DNA of 32,000 nt, taken from Sinorhizobium meliloti. Lineage in GTDB: Bacteria > Pseudomonadota > Alphaproteobacteria > Rhizobiales > Rhizobiaceae. Shown one piece after another: positions 1-11,727 of this stretch. The notes under the pieces were generated by a model. The model ran no database searches. It had not been told where the DNA came from and saw only the letters and a list, made by a program, of their open reading frames with translations. A program made the translations under genes and the position numbers. Numbering within the stretch: position 1 is the stretch's first letter; each line of letters opens with the position of its first letter. The DNA lies in the NCBI RefSeq assembly GCF_017876815.1, contig NZ_JAGIOS010000001.1:60001-92000 (forward strand), written 5' to 3'.

Positions 1-23
1 GTCGCGGCAGCGGGATGAGGGGC
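1..23. repeat. Edge-truncated copy of a REP/RIME-like palindromic intergenic repeat
   Basis: nt 1-23 (gtcgcggcagcgggatgaggggc) are the exact reverse complement of nt 13707-13729. A 23/23 match is far beyond chance for a 32 kb window. Confidence 0.6.
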
Positions 24-30
24 ATTCGCC

Positions 31-900
31 CTATTCGCTATCACCCGGCAAACCATCGTTCCCGTGACCGCCCGGCCAGTCGCCGTATTTGCGCTGCCAG
101 GAACGGGCGCCGAAGGGCAGGCTCACCAGATAGGCCACCGCAGTCACGACCATCGTCTCCCAGGTATAGGTCATCAGCGTCGCAACGTAGAAGACGACGA
201 CCAGGATGACGGGAAGGACCAGATCCCGGCGGACGCGGTTCTCCGACTTGCCGGACCAGACAGGAAGACGGCTGACCATAAGGAAGGCGATCAGGACGGT
301 ATAGACCGACGCGATCAGCGCAAAGGTCCTTTCCGGCGCAAGACCGAGCAGGCCAAGATAGACGGGCAGCAGAACCAGCATCGCACCGGCCGGCGCCGGA
401 ACGCCGACGAAATATTCCGACTGCCAGGACGCCTTGACCTGGCGCTCCGCCATGACGTTGAAGCGCGCCAGCCTCAGACCGACGGCAATGGCGTAGATCA
501 GGGCCGCAATCCAGCCGAGGGAACGCGCCTGATCGAGCAGAAACACGTAGAGGACGAGGGCGGGCGCGACCCCGAAATTGATGATGTCGGCAAGCGAGTC
601 CATCTGGACCCCGAAACTCGAGGTCGCCTTTAGGAGACGCGCGATGCGCCCGTCGATGCCATCGAGGAAAGCGGCAAGGAGCACCATCGCAACCGCGAGC
701 TCGAATCGATTCTCGAATGCCAGCCGGACGCCCGAGAGGCCGGCGCAGATCGCCAGGACCGTGATCATGTTCGGGACCATCAGCCGGAGCGGAATCTCCC
801 GCAACCGGGGCCCCCGGGCCTTGTCGTGCGTGCCGGTGGCGCCCACGTGCTCAGCGGCTTCCGGGATTCCTGCGGATTGTTCGTGGCGGGGCTCTTCCAT
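31..900 (-). CDS. pssA: CDP-diacylglycerol--serine O-phosphatidyltransferase (phosphatidylserine synthase)
   Basis: 289-aa ORF with the CDP-alcohol phosphatidyltransferase motif (DGIDGRIAR...G...DSLAD) and multiple TM segments. It sits directly downstream of psd. GAGGA lies upstream of the ATG. Confidence 0.9.
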   Translation of the reverse strand: MEEPRHEQSAGIPEAAEHVGATGTHDKARGPRLREIPLRLMVPNMITVLAICAGLSGVRLAFENRFELAVAMVLLAAFLDGIDGRIARLLKATSSFGVQMDSLADIINFGVAPALVLYVFLLDQARSLGWIAALIYAIAVGLRLARFNVMAERQVKASWQSEYFVGVPAPAGAMLVLLPVYLGLLGLAPERTFALIASVYTVLIAFLMVSRLPVWSGKSENRVRRDLVLPVILVVVFYVATLMTYTWETMVVTAVAYLVSLPFGARSWQRKYGDWPGGHGNDGLPGDSE

Positions 901-909
901 GACCTGTCC

Positions 910-1608
910 TCACGCGCGCCGGCTGATGACCGGGCCCTTCGCCGATCCGAATTCGGCGAGCACCGTCTCGCCGCCCGTGGCCGTCTGACCGACCGTTACG
1001 CGCGGTTCCGCACCGGCAGGCAGGAACACGTCGAGACGCGAGCCGAAGCGGATGAGGCCGAAACGCTCGCCCGCCTCGAGCGACGCGCTCTCGCGCGTCC
1101 AGCAGAGGATGCGGCGGGCGACGAGACCGGCGATCTGGACCACGCCGATCTGCCCGTGTTTCGTCTCGATGACGAGGCCGTTGCGCTCGTTTTCCTGGCT
1201 CGCCTTGTCCAGCTCGGCATTCACGAACTTGCCGGCACGGTAGGCGATTCGGCGTACCGTGCCGCCCATCGGCGCACGGTTCACGTGGCAGTTGAAGACA
1301 TTCATGAAGACCGAAATGCGCAGCATCGGCTCCGAGCCGAGGCCCAGTTCCTCAGGCGGCATCACGGTGGCGACCGACGATACGGTGCCGTCCGCCGGGC
1401 TGATGACGAGATCGTCGTCGATCGGCGTCATGCGCTCCGGATCGCGGAAGAAATAGGCGCACCAGGCGGTCAGAACGAAGCCGATCCACATCAGCGGCTC
1501 CCAGAGGAAGCCAAGCGCCAGCGAAACGACAAAGAAAATCGCAATGAAGCGGTAGCCTTCCCTGTGGACCGGTACGAGCGTGTTGCGCACTGTGTCGATC
1601 AAACTCAT
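910..1608 (-). CDS. psd: Phosphatidylserine decarboxylase proenzyme
   Basis: 232-aa ORF with the N-terminal membrane anchor and C-terminal FGSRLD self-cleavage region typical of alphaproteobacterial Psd. GGAGAG RBS. Operon partner of pssA. Confidence 0.9.
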   Translation of the reverse strand: MSLIDTVRNTLVPVHREGYRFIAIFFVVSLALGFLWEPLMWIGFVLTAWCAYFFRDPERMTPIDDDLVISPADGTVSSVATVMPPEELGLGSEPMLRISVFMNVFNCHVNRAPMGGTVRRIAYRAGKFVNAELDKASQENERNGLVIETKHGQIGVVQIAGLVARRILCWTRESASLEAGERFGLIRFGSRLDVFLPAGAEPRVTVGQTATGGETVLAEFGSAKGPVISRRA

Positions 1609-1714
1609 GAACTCTACTCTCCATATTTGCTTTGCGACGTGAACTAGCGCGAATCAGACAGCCCGGCAATGTCGAAGACCCGGAGACAGAGGACTCGCGG
1701 CAACCTCGCTGTGG

Positions 1715-3598
1715 TCAGAGCGCCGGCATTCCCCGGTCGACGATGCCGAGATCGTCGCTCTCACGCACGCGCTTCAACTGTTCCTCGGCCTGCGTTGCCT
1801 CGCGCTGGCGGCTCCACATGGAAGCATAAAGTCCGCCGCGGTCGATAAGTTCGCCATGGGTGCCGCGTTCGGCGATCACGCCGTCCTTCAGGACGATGAT
1901 CTCGTCGGCGTTGATGACCGTCGACAGGCGATGGGCGATGACGAGGGTGGTGCGATTGCGCGACACGATATCCAGCGCAGCCTGGATTTCCTGTTCCGTC
2001 TTCGTGTCCAGCGCCGAAGTCGCCTCGTCGAGGATCAGGATCGGCGGCGCCTTCAGGATGGTTCGCGCGATCGCGACGCGCTGTTTCTCGCCGCCCGAAA
2101 GCTTCAGCCCGCGCTCGCCCACCATGGCGCGGAAGCCTTCCGGCAGGTCGCGGATGAAATCGGCGATCTGCGCCGCCTCGGCGGCTGCCTCGACCTCCGC
2201 ATCGCTCGCGGTCACCCGGCCGTAGCGGATGTTGTAGGCGATCGTATCGTTGAAGAGCACCGTGTCCTGCGGCACCATGCCGATTACGGAGCGGAGGCTC
2301 TTCTGGGTGACGTCACGCACGTCCTGACCGTCGATGGTGATCGATCCTTCCTGGACATCGTAAAAGCGGTAGAGCAGCCGCGACAATGTCGACTTGCCGG
2401 CTCCTGAGGGGCCGACGACTGCAACCGTCTTTCCGGCGGGCACCTCGAAGCTGATCCCTTTCAGGATCGGCCGTGCCGGATCGTAGGCGAATTGGACGTT
2501 CTTGAAGGCGATTGCGCCTCGCTCGATCTTGAGCTCCTTCGCATTCGGCCGGTCGACGACCTCCGCCCGAACATCGAGCAGATCGAACATATGTTCGATA
2601 TCGGTAAGGCCCTGGCGGATTTCGCGATAGACGAAACCGATGAAGTTCAGCGGGATCGCGAGCTGGATCAGCATCGCGTTGATGAACACGAAATCGCCGA
2701 TCGTCTGCTCGCCGCGCTGCACGGCGAGCGCCGATATCGTCATCATCACCGCCGTGCCGGCACCGAAAATCAGCGCCTGGCCGAAGTTCAGCCAGCCGAG
2801 CGACGTCCAGACCTGCGTCGCGGCCCGCTCGTAGCGCTCCATCGACTTGTCGAAGCGCTTCGCCTCCATCTCCTCGTTGCCGAAATATTTGACGGTCTCG
2901 AAGTTGAGCAGCGAATCGATCGCCTTGGTGTTCGCATCGGTGTCGCTGTCGTTCATCGAGCGCCGAATGGCGATGCGCCAGTCGCTCGCACGTACCGTGA
3001 ACCAGATGTAGAGCCATACCGTGACAGCGGTCACCAGGAGATAGGTGAAGCCGTAGCCCCACCAGAAGATCACCGCCGTCAGCAGGAACTCGATGAGCGT
3101 CGGTACGCTGTTGAGGATCGTGAAGCGGACGATCGTCTCGATGCCCTTGGTGCCGCGCTCGATGATGCGCGAAAGCCCGCCCGTGCGCCGCTCGAGATGG
3201 AAGCGCAGCGAGAGCTGGTGCATGTGAACGAAGGTCTTGTAGGCAAGCTGCCTGACGGCATGCTGGCCAACACTGGCGAAAAGCGCGTCGCGCAACTGGT
3301 TCAGGCCGGCCTGCAGCAAACGGGCGAGGTTATAGGCGAGCACCAGCATCACGGCGCCGGTCAGGAACTGCGGCAGGAAACCGAGCGCGTCGGGCTTGTT
3401 GTTGAGCGCATCCGTCGCCCATTTGAAGAAATAAGGGACGAGAACGAGCACCGCCTTGGCGATTACCAGGATCACCGTCGCCCAGACCACTCTCAGTTTC
3501 AGATCGATCCGATCGGCCGGCCACATGTATGGCCACAGATTCGCTATGGTTTCGATCGGATTGGCACTGTCGGCGGAAACCGTCTTCTTCTGCGCCAC
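1715..3598 (-). CDS. ABC transporter permease/ATPase fusion, Atm1/HMT1-like exporter
   Basis: 627-aa ORF with a GTG start. Six-TM exporter domain followed by an NBD with Walker A (GPSGAGKST), signature (LSGGEKQR) and Walker B (ILILDEATSALD). The N-terminal LWPYMWP... region resembles Atm1-type transporters. Confidence 0.85.
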   Translation of the reverse strand: MAQKKTVSADSANPIETIANLWPYMWPADRIDLKLRVVWATVILVIAKAVLVLVPYFFKWATDALNNKPDALGFLPQFLTGAVMLVLAYNLARLLQAGLNQLRDALFASVGQHAVRQLAYKTFVHMHQLSLRFHLERRTGGLSRIIERGTKGIETIVRFTILNSVPTLIEFLLTAVIFWWGYGFTYLLVTAVTVWLYIWFTVRASDWRIAIRRSMNDSDTDANTKAIDSLLNFETVKYFGNEEMEAKRFDKSMERYERAATQVWTSLGWLNFGQALIFGAGTAVMMTISALAVQRGEQTIGDFVFINAMLIQLAIPLNFIGFVYREIRQGLTDIEHMFDLLDVRAEVVDRPNAKELKIERGAIAFKNVQFAYDPARPILKGISFEVPAGKTVAVVGPSGAGKSTLSRLLYRFYDVQEGSITIDGQDVRDVTQKSLRSVIGMVPQDTVLFNDTIAYNIRYGRVTASDAEVEAAAEAAQIADFIRDLPEGFRAMVGERGLKLSGGEKQRVAIARTILKAPPILILDEATSALDTKTEQEIQAALDIVSRNRTTLVIAHRLSTVINADEIIVLKDGVIAERGTHGELIDRGGLYASMWSRQREATQAEEQLKRVRESDDLGIVDRGMPAL

Positions 3599-3697
3599 GT
3601 CTCTGTCCGCTTCATTTTTGTTGACGAAGACCGCAGGCGAACCGCAGCCGAGATCACGTTGTTCTCTAGCGCGTCATCGTCCCACACCAGCTTCAAT

Positions 3698-3733
3698 GAA
3701 AAGCGGCGCCTTTTAAGGAAGACGCCGCTTTTC
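3698..3733 (-). terminator. Rho-independent terminator candidate downstream of the LysM gene
   Basis: 11-bp perfect stem gaaaagcggcg / cgccgcttttc with a 14-nt loop. The A-tract/T-tract arms give U-runs on either strand. Confidence 0.55.
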
Positions 3734-3795
3734 CTGACAGATAGGCCCGGCTTCCCGCCGACGCAATGGAGGCGCCGGCAAAAGAAGGGCGAAAC

Positions 3796-5505
3796 TCAGT
3801 GCCGCATATGCTTGCGGTGGACTTCCCGCGATTCCTCCTCGGAAAGCGCCTCGTCCGGAACCCCGAAGACCTGGCCCGGACGGATCAGGTCGGGATTTTC
3901 GATCTGCTCGCGGTTCGCAAGGTAGATCGTGGTGTAGCGCAGACCGGCACCGTAGACGCGGCGCGAGATTTGCCACAGCGTATCACCGCGGCGGATGATC
4001 ACTGACGTCTTGCTTTCCTTGAGCGGTGCCTGCTCGATGGTGGCCGGCTGTTCCTTCGCCGCATCCGAAGCCGGCGCCGCCGCCTGTTCGACCACGGTTG
4101 CGTTTGTCTCGCCCGCTGCCGAAGGCTCCGGCTGCTTCGAGGCATCATTCGCCTGCACCGCCAAGGGCTCGGCGGATGCCACCGAGGTGCCGACATTCTG
4201 GCGCGTCAATGCGGACCCAAGAGCGCCATCGACCTTCTCCACCGCCGCTGCGACGCTTGACGGGTCCTGCGGCGCAGCCTTGAGCGCGTCCAGCGCCGTT
4301 GTCGCCGCCTTGGACGCTTCAGCGGCGGCCGCCGCCAAATCGGCATCGGAGCCGTCGGCCGGCTTGAATTCGGCCAGCGACTGGAGGGCGAATTCGGTTG
4401 CCGAGCGGGCCGCGGCGAGTTGCTCCATGGAAGGCTGCTTCCCGTCGGCAAAAAGCGCTTTCAAGAGGGTCAGTGCCTTGCCCGCTTCCGCCTTCAAACG
4501 GTCGAGACCCGTCGTGGGTGCTGCAAGCGTCGAACCGGCGATGGCGGCAACCTGCGCACCTGCCGGCCGGTCGAAGGGCACGGAGGCACGCATCGCCACC
4601 TTGCTCGCATCTTCGTTCATCATATCGGCGCGGATGATATGGCTGCCGACCGAGAGCTCGATCAAGCCGTCGACGACAAAATGTCCCTTGTCGTCGGCTT
4701 TCACCTCACCCAGCAGCTTGTCGTCCGCGTAAATGCGGACAAGGGCGCCGGGCTTGGCGTTGCCTGCGACATACATCATGCCGCCTTCGATCTCGACCGC
4801 CGTCACCTGCAGCCCGGGAATGGTTGCCGGAGAGGCGGGAGAAACGGAAGCCCCGCCGGGCTCGCCGGCCGGTACCGTGCCCGGCTCGGCGGCTGCCTGC
4901 ATCGGCTTCGGCTCAGCTTCCGGCGTCGTGATCAGCCGGCTCGCCTTGCCGGCCTTGGATACCATTGCCAGCAGCTGCCCGCTCGAATCCTTAGGAACCG
5001 AAACAGTCGCAACCTCCTCCGACGTCTTGCTGTGTCCGCCTGAGCCGACGCTTCTGAGCGTCAGTTGGTGGTCGCCTGCCGAGAGCGGCTTGTCGAAGAC
5101 GGCGGCAAAATCGCCGCCCGCGCCGACATTGGCGGTGCCGACGACCGTGTCGCCGCTCAGGATCTCGAGCTTCGTGCCGGGCTGGGCTCTGCCCGCGACG
5201 ACCGTCGAGCCGTCCGGTTCGACGCGCAGGACGTCAAACCCCGGAACCGTCCAGTTCGCCACCGGGTCGGATGCGGCCGCATTGCCGCCGGAGGCCGCCG
5301 TCGCCTGTTGCGCTGCGTTGCCTTGCAGGGCGGACGGATCGGTCTTCGTTGCCGCCGCCGTTTGGCCGGGCTGCTCGCCTGCGTCGGATTGGGCCACCGC
5401 CCCTTTGTCGCTGTCACGCAGATTCGGCTGAACCACAAAGATCATCAATGCGGTCGCGATTGCCAGGACGCCAAGGGCCACCCAGCTGGCCTTATTCTTA
5501 ATCAT
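3796..5505 (-). CDS. LysM peptidoglycan-binding domain-containing envelope protein (N-terminal TM anchor, Ala/Pro-rich linkers)
   Basis: C-terminal LysM signature (IIRRGDTLWQISRRVYGAGLRYTTIYLANREQIENPDLIRPGQVF). The start is moved to the internal ATG at 5505 (MIKNKASWVALGVLAIATALMIFVV), which has a GGAG RBS. The longer track ORF adds 32 unlikely residues. Confidence 0.8.
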   Translation of the reverse strand: MIKNKASWVALGVLAIATALMIFVVQPNLRDSDKGAVAQSDAGEQPGQTAAATKTDPSALQGNAAQQATAASGGNAAASDPVANWTVPGFDVLRVEPDGSTVVAGRAQPGTKLEILSGDTVVGTANVGAGGDFAAVFDKPLSAGDHQLTLRSVGSGGHSKTSEEVATVSVPKDSSGQLLAMVSKAGKASRLITTPEAEPKPMQAAAEPGTVPAGEPGGASVSPASPATIPGLQVTAVEIEGGMMYVAGNAKPGALVRIYADDKLLGEVKADDKGHFVVDGLIELSVGSHIIRADMMNEDASKVAMRASVPFDRPAGAQVAAIAGSTLAAPTTGLDRLKAEAGKALTLLKALFADGKQPSMEQLAAARSATEFALQSLAEFKPADGSDADLAAAAAEASKAATTALDALKAAPQDPSSVAAAVEKVDGALGSALTRQNVGTSVASAEPLAVQANDASKQPEPSAAGETNATVVEQAAAPASDAAKEQPATIEQAPLKESKTSVIIRRGDTLWQISRRVYGAGLRYTTIYLANREQIENPDLIRPGQVFGVPDEALSEEESREVHRKHMRH

Positions 5506-5747
5506 GCCACTCTCCACAGGGCGGAGCGCCTTTATGCTCCCCGCATGCCCCACCGGCCGGCGCTGCGGCGCCAGGTGCATTATAGCGCAACCGCAGCACA
5601 CTGTCCGAATTCTTCAATGTATTACTGAAATTGCTAACGTTTCTTATAGTTCTATACAAGCGCTCACTATGATTCCGGCGCTCGACAGCCGGAGATTTTT
5701 CGTCCATTTTCCTTGACCCGTGCTGCACTGCAATCTCTGGTGGGACC

Positions 5748-6365
5748 ATGAACAAGGAAACCACGCCGATTCTATCCGTTTGCGTTTATTGCGGTTCTCA
5801 GCCCGGGCGTGACGACGCCCACATCCAGGCCGGCCGCACCCTCGGCAAATCGATCGCCGATCATGGCCTGCGCCTCGTCTATGGCGGCGGCACGCGCGGG
5901 ATCATGGGCGCCGTGGCAAGCGGCGTGCTTTCATCCGGCGGACACGTCACCGGCATCATTCCGGAATTCCTGATGGACAAGGAAGCGACGCGTCACTCGC
6001 TGGGCCAGCTGAACGAACTGATCGTTACCGCCGACATGCATGAGCGCAAGCACAAGATGTTCGAGCGCGCCGACGCCTTCGTCGCCCTTCCGGGCGGGAT
6101 CGGCACGCTCGAGGAGATCGTCGAAATCATGACCTGGGCGCAGCTCGGCCGCCACAGGAAGCCGATGGTCTTCGGCAATGTCAACGGCTTCTGGGATCCG
6201 ATGCTGGAGCTGATCGACCACATGCGCGACCAGGGATTCGTCCACACGGCGCATCTCGTGCAGCCGCTGGTGATCGACCGGGCGGAAGACATCGTCCCCG
6301 GCATCCTTGCCTCGGTTCGCGCCAACGGGCGCGAGGGCGAAGCCGAGATCATCTCCAGGCTCTGA
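5748..6365 (+). CDS. LOG family protein (cytokinin riboside 5'-monophosphate phosphoribohydrolase-like, TIGR00730 type)
   Basis: 205-aa ORF with the GGGTRGIMG and PGGIGTLEE motifs diagnostic of the LOG / lysine-decarboxylase-like family. Confidence 0.85.
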   Translation: MNKETTPILSVCVYCGSQPGRDDAHIQAGRTLGKSIADHGLRLVYGGGTRGIMGAVASGVLSSGGHVTGIIPEFLMDKEATRHSLGQLNELIVTADMHERKHKMFERADAFVALPGGIGTLEEIVEIMTWAQLGRHRKPMVFGNVNGFWDPMLELIDHMRDQGFVHTAHLVQPLVIDRAEDIVPGILASVRANGREGEAEIISRL

Positions 6366-6371
6366 TCTAGT

Positions 6372-6415
6372 GCGGGATGAGGAACAGTGTGTGCGGTTTT
6401 CCGCCCGCATCCCGC
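6372..6415. terminator. Hairpin between convergent LOG and rarD genes (bidirectional terminator candidate)
   Basis: Outer stem gcgggatg / catcccgc encloses an inner gcgg-tttt-ccgc hairpin. It lies in the 71-bp gap between two convergent stop codons. Confidence 0.4.
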
Positions 6416-6436
6416 TCTAACTTCAAACTCTGCCGA

Positions 6437-7378
6437 TCATTCGGCCGGCGTCGGTTGAGCCGCTCGCCGCGCCCTGCTCTCCGCAAGCATCGCTCCCGAA
6501 TAGATGAAGAGCGCGGCCCAGATCAGGGCGAAGGCGACGAGTTTTGCCGTTCCAAAGGGTTCGTGGAAAACGAAGACGGCGATCAGGAAGATCATCGTCG
6601 GAGCGATGTATTGCATGATCCCGATCGTCGAAAGCCGGAGCAGCTTCGCGCCATTGGCATAGATCATCAGCGGCACGGCGGTGACGATCCCGCAGGCGAG
6701 GAGAAGCAGGACATCCGTCATGTTGGAGTCGCCGAGGAAGTGGCCCTGCCCCGTCGCCTCGAGCCAGATGACATAGCCCGCAGCCGGGATGCTGAGCAGC
6801 AGGACTTCGAGGAAGAAGCCCTGGTTCGGCCCGACCGGCAGCGTCTTCCGGAAGAACGCGTAGAAACCCCAGGAAAAGCACAGCCCGATCGAAACCCAGG
6901 GAAGACCGCCCGCGTCGAAGGCAAGCACGCCCACGGCGAGCGCGGCGAGGCCGATCGCCACCATCTGCGCCGGATTTGGCCTCTCCTTCAGCAGCAGCGC
7001 ACCGAGGAAGATGGAGAACAGAGGGTTGATATAGTAGCCGAGCGCCGTCTCGATCGCCCGGCCCGCGCCGATCGCCCAGACATAGATGCCCCAGTTGATC
7101 GTGATGAGAGCCGCCGTGACCGTGGCCATCATCAGCACGCGTGGAGAGCGCAGCGCAACCTTCACGTCCTGCGTGCGGCCGAGCCACACGAGCACGAGGC
7201 CTGCGAGCGGCACCGACCAGACGATACGATGCGCCACGACTTCGGCCGCAGGGATATGCGAAACCGCCTTCATGAAGAAAGGCAGGAAACCCCACAACAG
7301 GTAGGCTGCCAGCGCGAAGGCGAAACCTTTCGGGGAATCGACATTCTCTGCGGGCAAATTCGCGTTCGGCTCAGCCAT
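6437..7378 (-). CDS. rarD: EamA/RarD family transporter
   Basis: 313-aa, 10-TM ORF. The N-terminal GFAFALAAYLLWGFLPFFMK is typical of RarD (DMT superfamily). Confidence 0.8.
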   Translation of the reverse strand: MAEPNANLPAENVDSPKGFAFALAAYLLWGFLPFFMKAVSHIPAAEVVAHRIVWSVPLAGLVLVWLGRTQDVKVALRSPRVLMMATVTAALITINWGIYVWAIGAGRAIETALGYYINPLFSIFLGALLLKERPNPAQMVAIGLAALAVGVLAFDAGGLPWVSIGLCFSWGFYAFFRKTLPVGPNQGFFLEVLLLSIPAAGYVIWLEATGQGHFLGDSNMTDVLLLLACGIVTAVPLMIYANGAKLLRLSTIGIMQYIAPTMIFLIAVFVFHEPFGTAKLVAFALIWAALFIYSGAMLAESRARRAAQPTPAE

Positions 7379-7398
7379 GATTTTGATCCTGAAATTCC

Positions 7399-7426
7399 AC
7401 CGGAGCTAAGCGGGAAGCGCTCCGGT
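7399..7426 (-). terminator. Hairpin in the cimA-rarD spacer (weak terminator or rarD 5'-UTR structure)
   Basis: 8-bp stem accggagc / gctccggt with a 12-nt loop, about 20 nt upstream of the rarD ATG. Only a weak U-run follows on the minus strand. Confidence 0.25.
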
Positions 7427-7591
7427 CGCAATCGACGGCCAACCCTCTCGGGAGCAATTGCCGTCAGTCCTCCTGCGTCCTACTCCAACGGACGGTGATG
7501 CACCAATTCATTTCCGTGAACCGATGGATGAACGGCGTTGATGCGGACGGAGCTGGATATCCCGCGCAACCCAACATCATCGTGATCCAAA

Positions 7592-9208
7592 CTACTCGGC
7601 CGCGATCGATCCGACCTGATCGCGGTTTTTGAGCAGCTTGTAGACGATACTGTCCATCAATGCCTGAAATGAGGCGTCGATGATGTTGTCGGATACGCCG
7701 ACCGTCCACCAGCGCGCCCCTGAGCGGTCCGTCGATTCGATCAGGACGCGGGTGACGGCCTCGGTGCCGCCGTTGAGGATGCGCACCTTGTAATCGGCAA
7801 GTTCCAGATCGGCGATCTCGGACTGGTACTTGCCGAGATCCTTGCGAAGCGCGAGGTCGAGCGCGTTGACCGGGCCATGCCCCTCGGCGACCGACATCAT
7901 CGTTTCGCCGTCGACGATCACCCTGACCACGGCCTCCGATACCGTCTTCAGCTTGCCGTTCGCGTCGAAGCGGCGCTCGACCATCACCCGGAAGCTCTCC
8001 ACCCGGAAAAAATCGGGCACGGTGCCGAGAATGCGGCTCGCGAGCAGCGCGAAGCTCGCATCCGCACCTTCATAGGCATAGCCCGTCGCCTCGCGTTCCT
8101 TGACGATCGAGATCAGCTTGTCGAGCCGCGGATCGTCCTTGGAGACCGTGATGCCGCGCCGCTTGAGAGCATTGATGAAGTTGGCCTTGCCTCCCTGATC
8201 GGAGACCATGACCTTGCGCAGGTTGCCGACGCTTTCCGGCGCGACATGCTCGTAGGTCCTCGGATCCTTGAGCAACGCGGAGGCGTGAATGCCGGCCTTG
8301 GTGGCAAAAGCCGAAGCGCCGACATAGGGGGCCTGGGGATCCGGAGAGCGGTTGAGCAACTCGTCGAAGGCATGGGCGAGCTTGGTCAGTTCCTGGAGCC
8401 TCTCGGCATCGATTCCCGTCTCGAAACGGCTCGAATAGGTTTCCTTCAGGGCAAGCGTCGCAATCAGCGTCACGAGATTGGCATTGCCGCAGCGTTCGCC
8501 GATGCCGTTGAGCGTGCCCTGGATCTGACGAACGCCGGCTTCCACCGCAGCCAGCGAGTTGGCCACCGCCTGCCCCGTATCATTATGCGCATGGATGCCG
8601 AGATTTGCACCGGGCACTCCCTCCGCAATCACGGCCGAGACGATCTCGCGGATCTCGGGAGGCTGCGTGCCGCCATTCGTGTCGCAAAGCACGACCCAGC
8701 GCGCGCCGGCCTCGAAAGCCGTTTTCGCGCAGGCGAGCGCATAGGCGGAGTTCGCCTTGTAGCCGTCGAAGAAATGCTCGCAATCGACCATCGCCTCGCG
8801 GCCGGAAGCCACGACCGCCTCCACGGAAGCGCGGATATTGTCGAGATTTTCCTCGTTCGTACAGCCGAGCGCCACCTCGACATGATAATCCCAGCTCTTG
8901 GCGACAAGACAGATCGCATCGCTCTTGGCGCTCAGCAGCGCGCTCAGGCCCGGGTCGTTGGAGGCGGAGACGCCGGCGCGCTTGGTCATGCCGAAGGCGA
9001 CGAAGGAGGCCTTGTCGGTGCGCCGGCACTTGAAGAACTCCGTATCCGTGGGATTGGCGCCGGGATATCCGCCCTCGACATAATCCATGCCGAATTGATC
9101 AAGCAGCGACGCAATCGCGATCTTGTCCTCGACGGAAAAGTCGATGCCGGGCGTCTGCTGCCCGTCCCGAAGCGTCGTGTCGAAGAGATAGATGCGTTCC
9201 CTGGTCAT
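7592..9208 (-). CDS. cimA: Citramalate synthase (LeuA/CimA family)
   Basis: 538-aa ORF. N-terminus IYLFDTTLRDGQQTPGIDFSVEDKIAIA...GGYPGANPTDTEFF matches the HMGL-like TIM barrel of the long CimA-type enzymes. A C-terminal LeuA-dimerisation-like domain is present. Confidence 0.8.
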   Translation of the reverse strand: MTRERIYLFDTTLRDGQQTPGIDFSVEDKIAIASLLDQFGMDYVEGGYPGANPTDTEFFKCRRTDKASFVAFGMTKRAGVSASNDPGLSALLSAKSDAICLVAKSWDYHVEVALGCTNEENLDNIRASVEAVVASGREAMVDCEHFFDGYKANSAYALACAKTAFEAGARWVVLCDTNGGTQPPEIREIVSAVIAEGVPGANLGIHAHNDTGQAVANSLAAVEAGVRQIQGTLNGIGERCGNANLVTLIATLALKETYSSRFETGIDAERLQELTKLAHAFDELLNRSPDPQAPYVGASAFATKAGIHASALLKDPRTYEHVAPESVGNLRKVMVSDQGGKANFINALKRRGITVSKDDPRLDKLISIVKEREATGYAYEGADASFALLASRILGTVPDFFRVESFRVMVERRFDANGKLKTVSEAVVRVIVDGETMMSVAEGHGPVNALDLALRKDLGKYQSEIADLELADYKVRILNGGTEAVTRVLIESTDRSGARWWTVGVSDNIIDASFQALMDSIVYKLLKNRDQVGSIAAE

Positions 9209-9262
9209 GTCTCGATTTCCAACGTACAGATCACTGATCGTTTGCGGGTCTTCCTACCCGCC

Positions 9263-10718
<1,456 letters not shown>

Positions 10719-10722
<4 letters not shown>

Positions 10723-11198
10723 CGTGCCCAGACTCCGCCCGGAGGCCACTGCTCCGTCTCATGGTCCGGATCCTGAAACGAGATGATCTGCTCCTGCCGC
10801 CCGTAATAGTCGGGATCGTCGTGAACCGGCTGCTCGAAGATCGATTCGACCCAGGGAAGCCGGGACTGGTAATTGACTTGGATTTTCGGCGCGAGATCGG
10901 AGCGGTCGTCGAAGGCGCCGATGGCGATTTCGAGGCCGCCGGGATGCCGATAGGTCAGCGGCGTGCCGCATTTCGGGCAGAAGCCGCGATCGATATTAAC
11001 TGATGACTGAAAGTAGCTCGGCTCGTCACGGGTCCACTCGACCCCGTCCTTCGGCGCCGTCACCAAGGCGGAGAAGAAAGAGCCGAACTGCTTCTGGCAC
11101 ATGCGGCAATGGCAGATCGAGGGGCGCCCGAGCTCTCCGCGGATGCGGAAGCGGACGGCCCCGCACTGGCAGCCTCCAGTCCTGACGGCAGTGTTCAT
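10719..11198 (-). CDS. GFA family zinc protein, paralogue 2
   Basis: MNTAVRTGGCQCG...ICHCRMCQK...FCPKCGTPL. The ATG at 11198 overlaps the stop of paralogue 3 (ATGA). The longer 310-aa track ORF is an artefactual upstream extension in an Arg-rich frame. Confidence 0.8.
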
Positions 11199-11677
11199 CC
11201 TCTTTCCTCCGGTGGCCAGGTTTCGGTGTCGTGGTCGGGGTGCTGATAGGAAACGAGATCGGCAAGAAACGAGACAGCCTCGGGGTCGGCCATGGTCTCT
11301 TCGCCGGGCAGCTTGGATACGTGATCGACATAGGGCAGTTTCCCTTCGACGCCCCATTGGATGGTCGGCGCGATGCCTTCCGGCCTGTCGAATGCAGCGA
11401 TCGCGAGCGCCATGCCATCCGGCGCCTCGTAGGTCAGCGGTGTTCCGCAGTCGCCGCAGAAGCCGCGCCAGACCACATTCGAGGACCGGAAGCGCTTGCG
11501 CTCGCCGCGGGTCCATACGAGCTTCGCGCCGCGTACGGAAACGAGCGGCAGGTAGAAATTGCCGCTCGCCTTCTGACACATGCGGCAATGGCAGACGGAA
11601 GCATCGCCGAGTTTGCCCTCGACGCGGAAACGGACCGCACCACACTGGCATCCGCCCGTATTGATCTCGTCAGCCAT
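11195..11677 (-). CDS. GFA family zinc protein, paralogue 3
   Basis: MADEINTGGCQCG...VCHCRMCQK...FCGDCGTPL. ATG at 11677 is preceded by a GGAGG RBS. The C-terminal HPDHDTETWPPEE tail is shared with paralogues 1 and 2. Confidence 0.8.
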   Translation of the reverse strand: MADEINTGGCQCGAVRFRVEGKLGDASVCHCRMCQKASGNFYLPLVSVRGAKLVWTRGERKRFRSSNVVWRGFCGDCGTPLTYEAPDGMALAIAAFDRPEGIAPTIQWGVEGKLPYVDHVSKLPGEETMADPEAVSFLADLVSYQHPDHDTETWPPEERG

Positions 11678-11727
11678 ATCGCCCTCCTCTTTCCTCCGGC
11701 GTGCCGGCAGCGCCATCATCCTTAAAA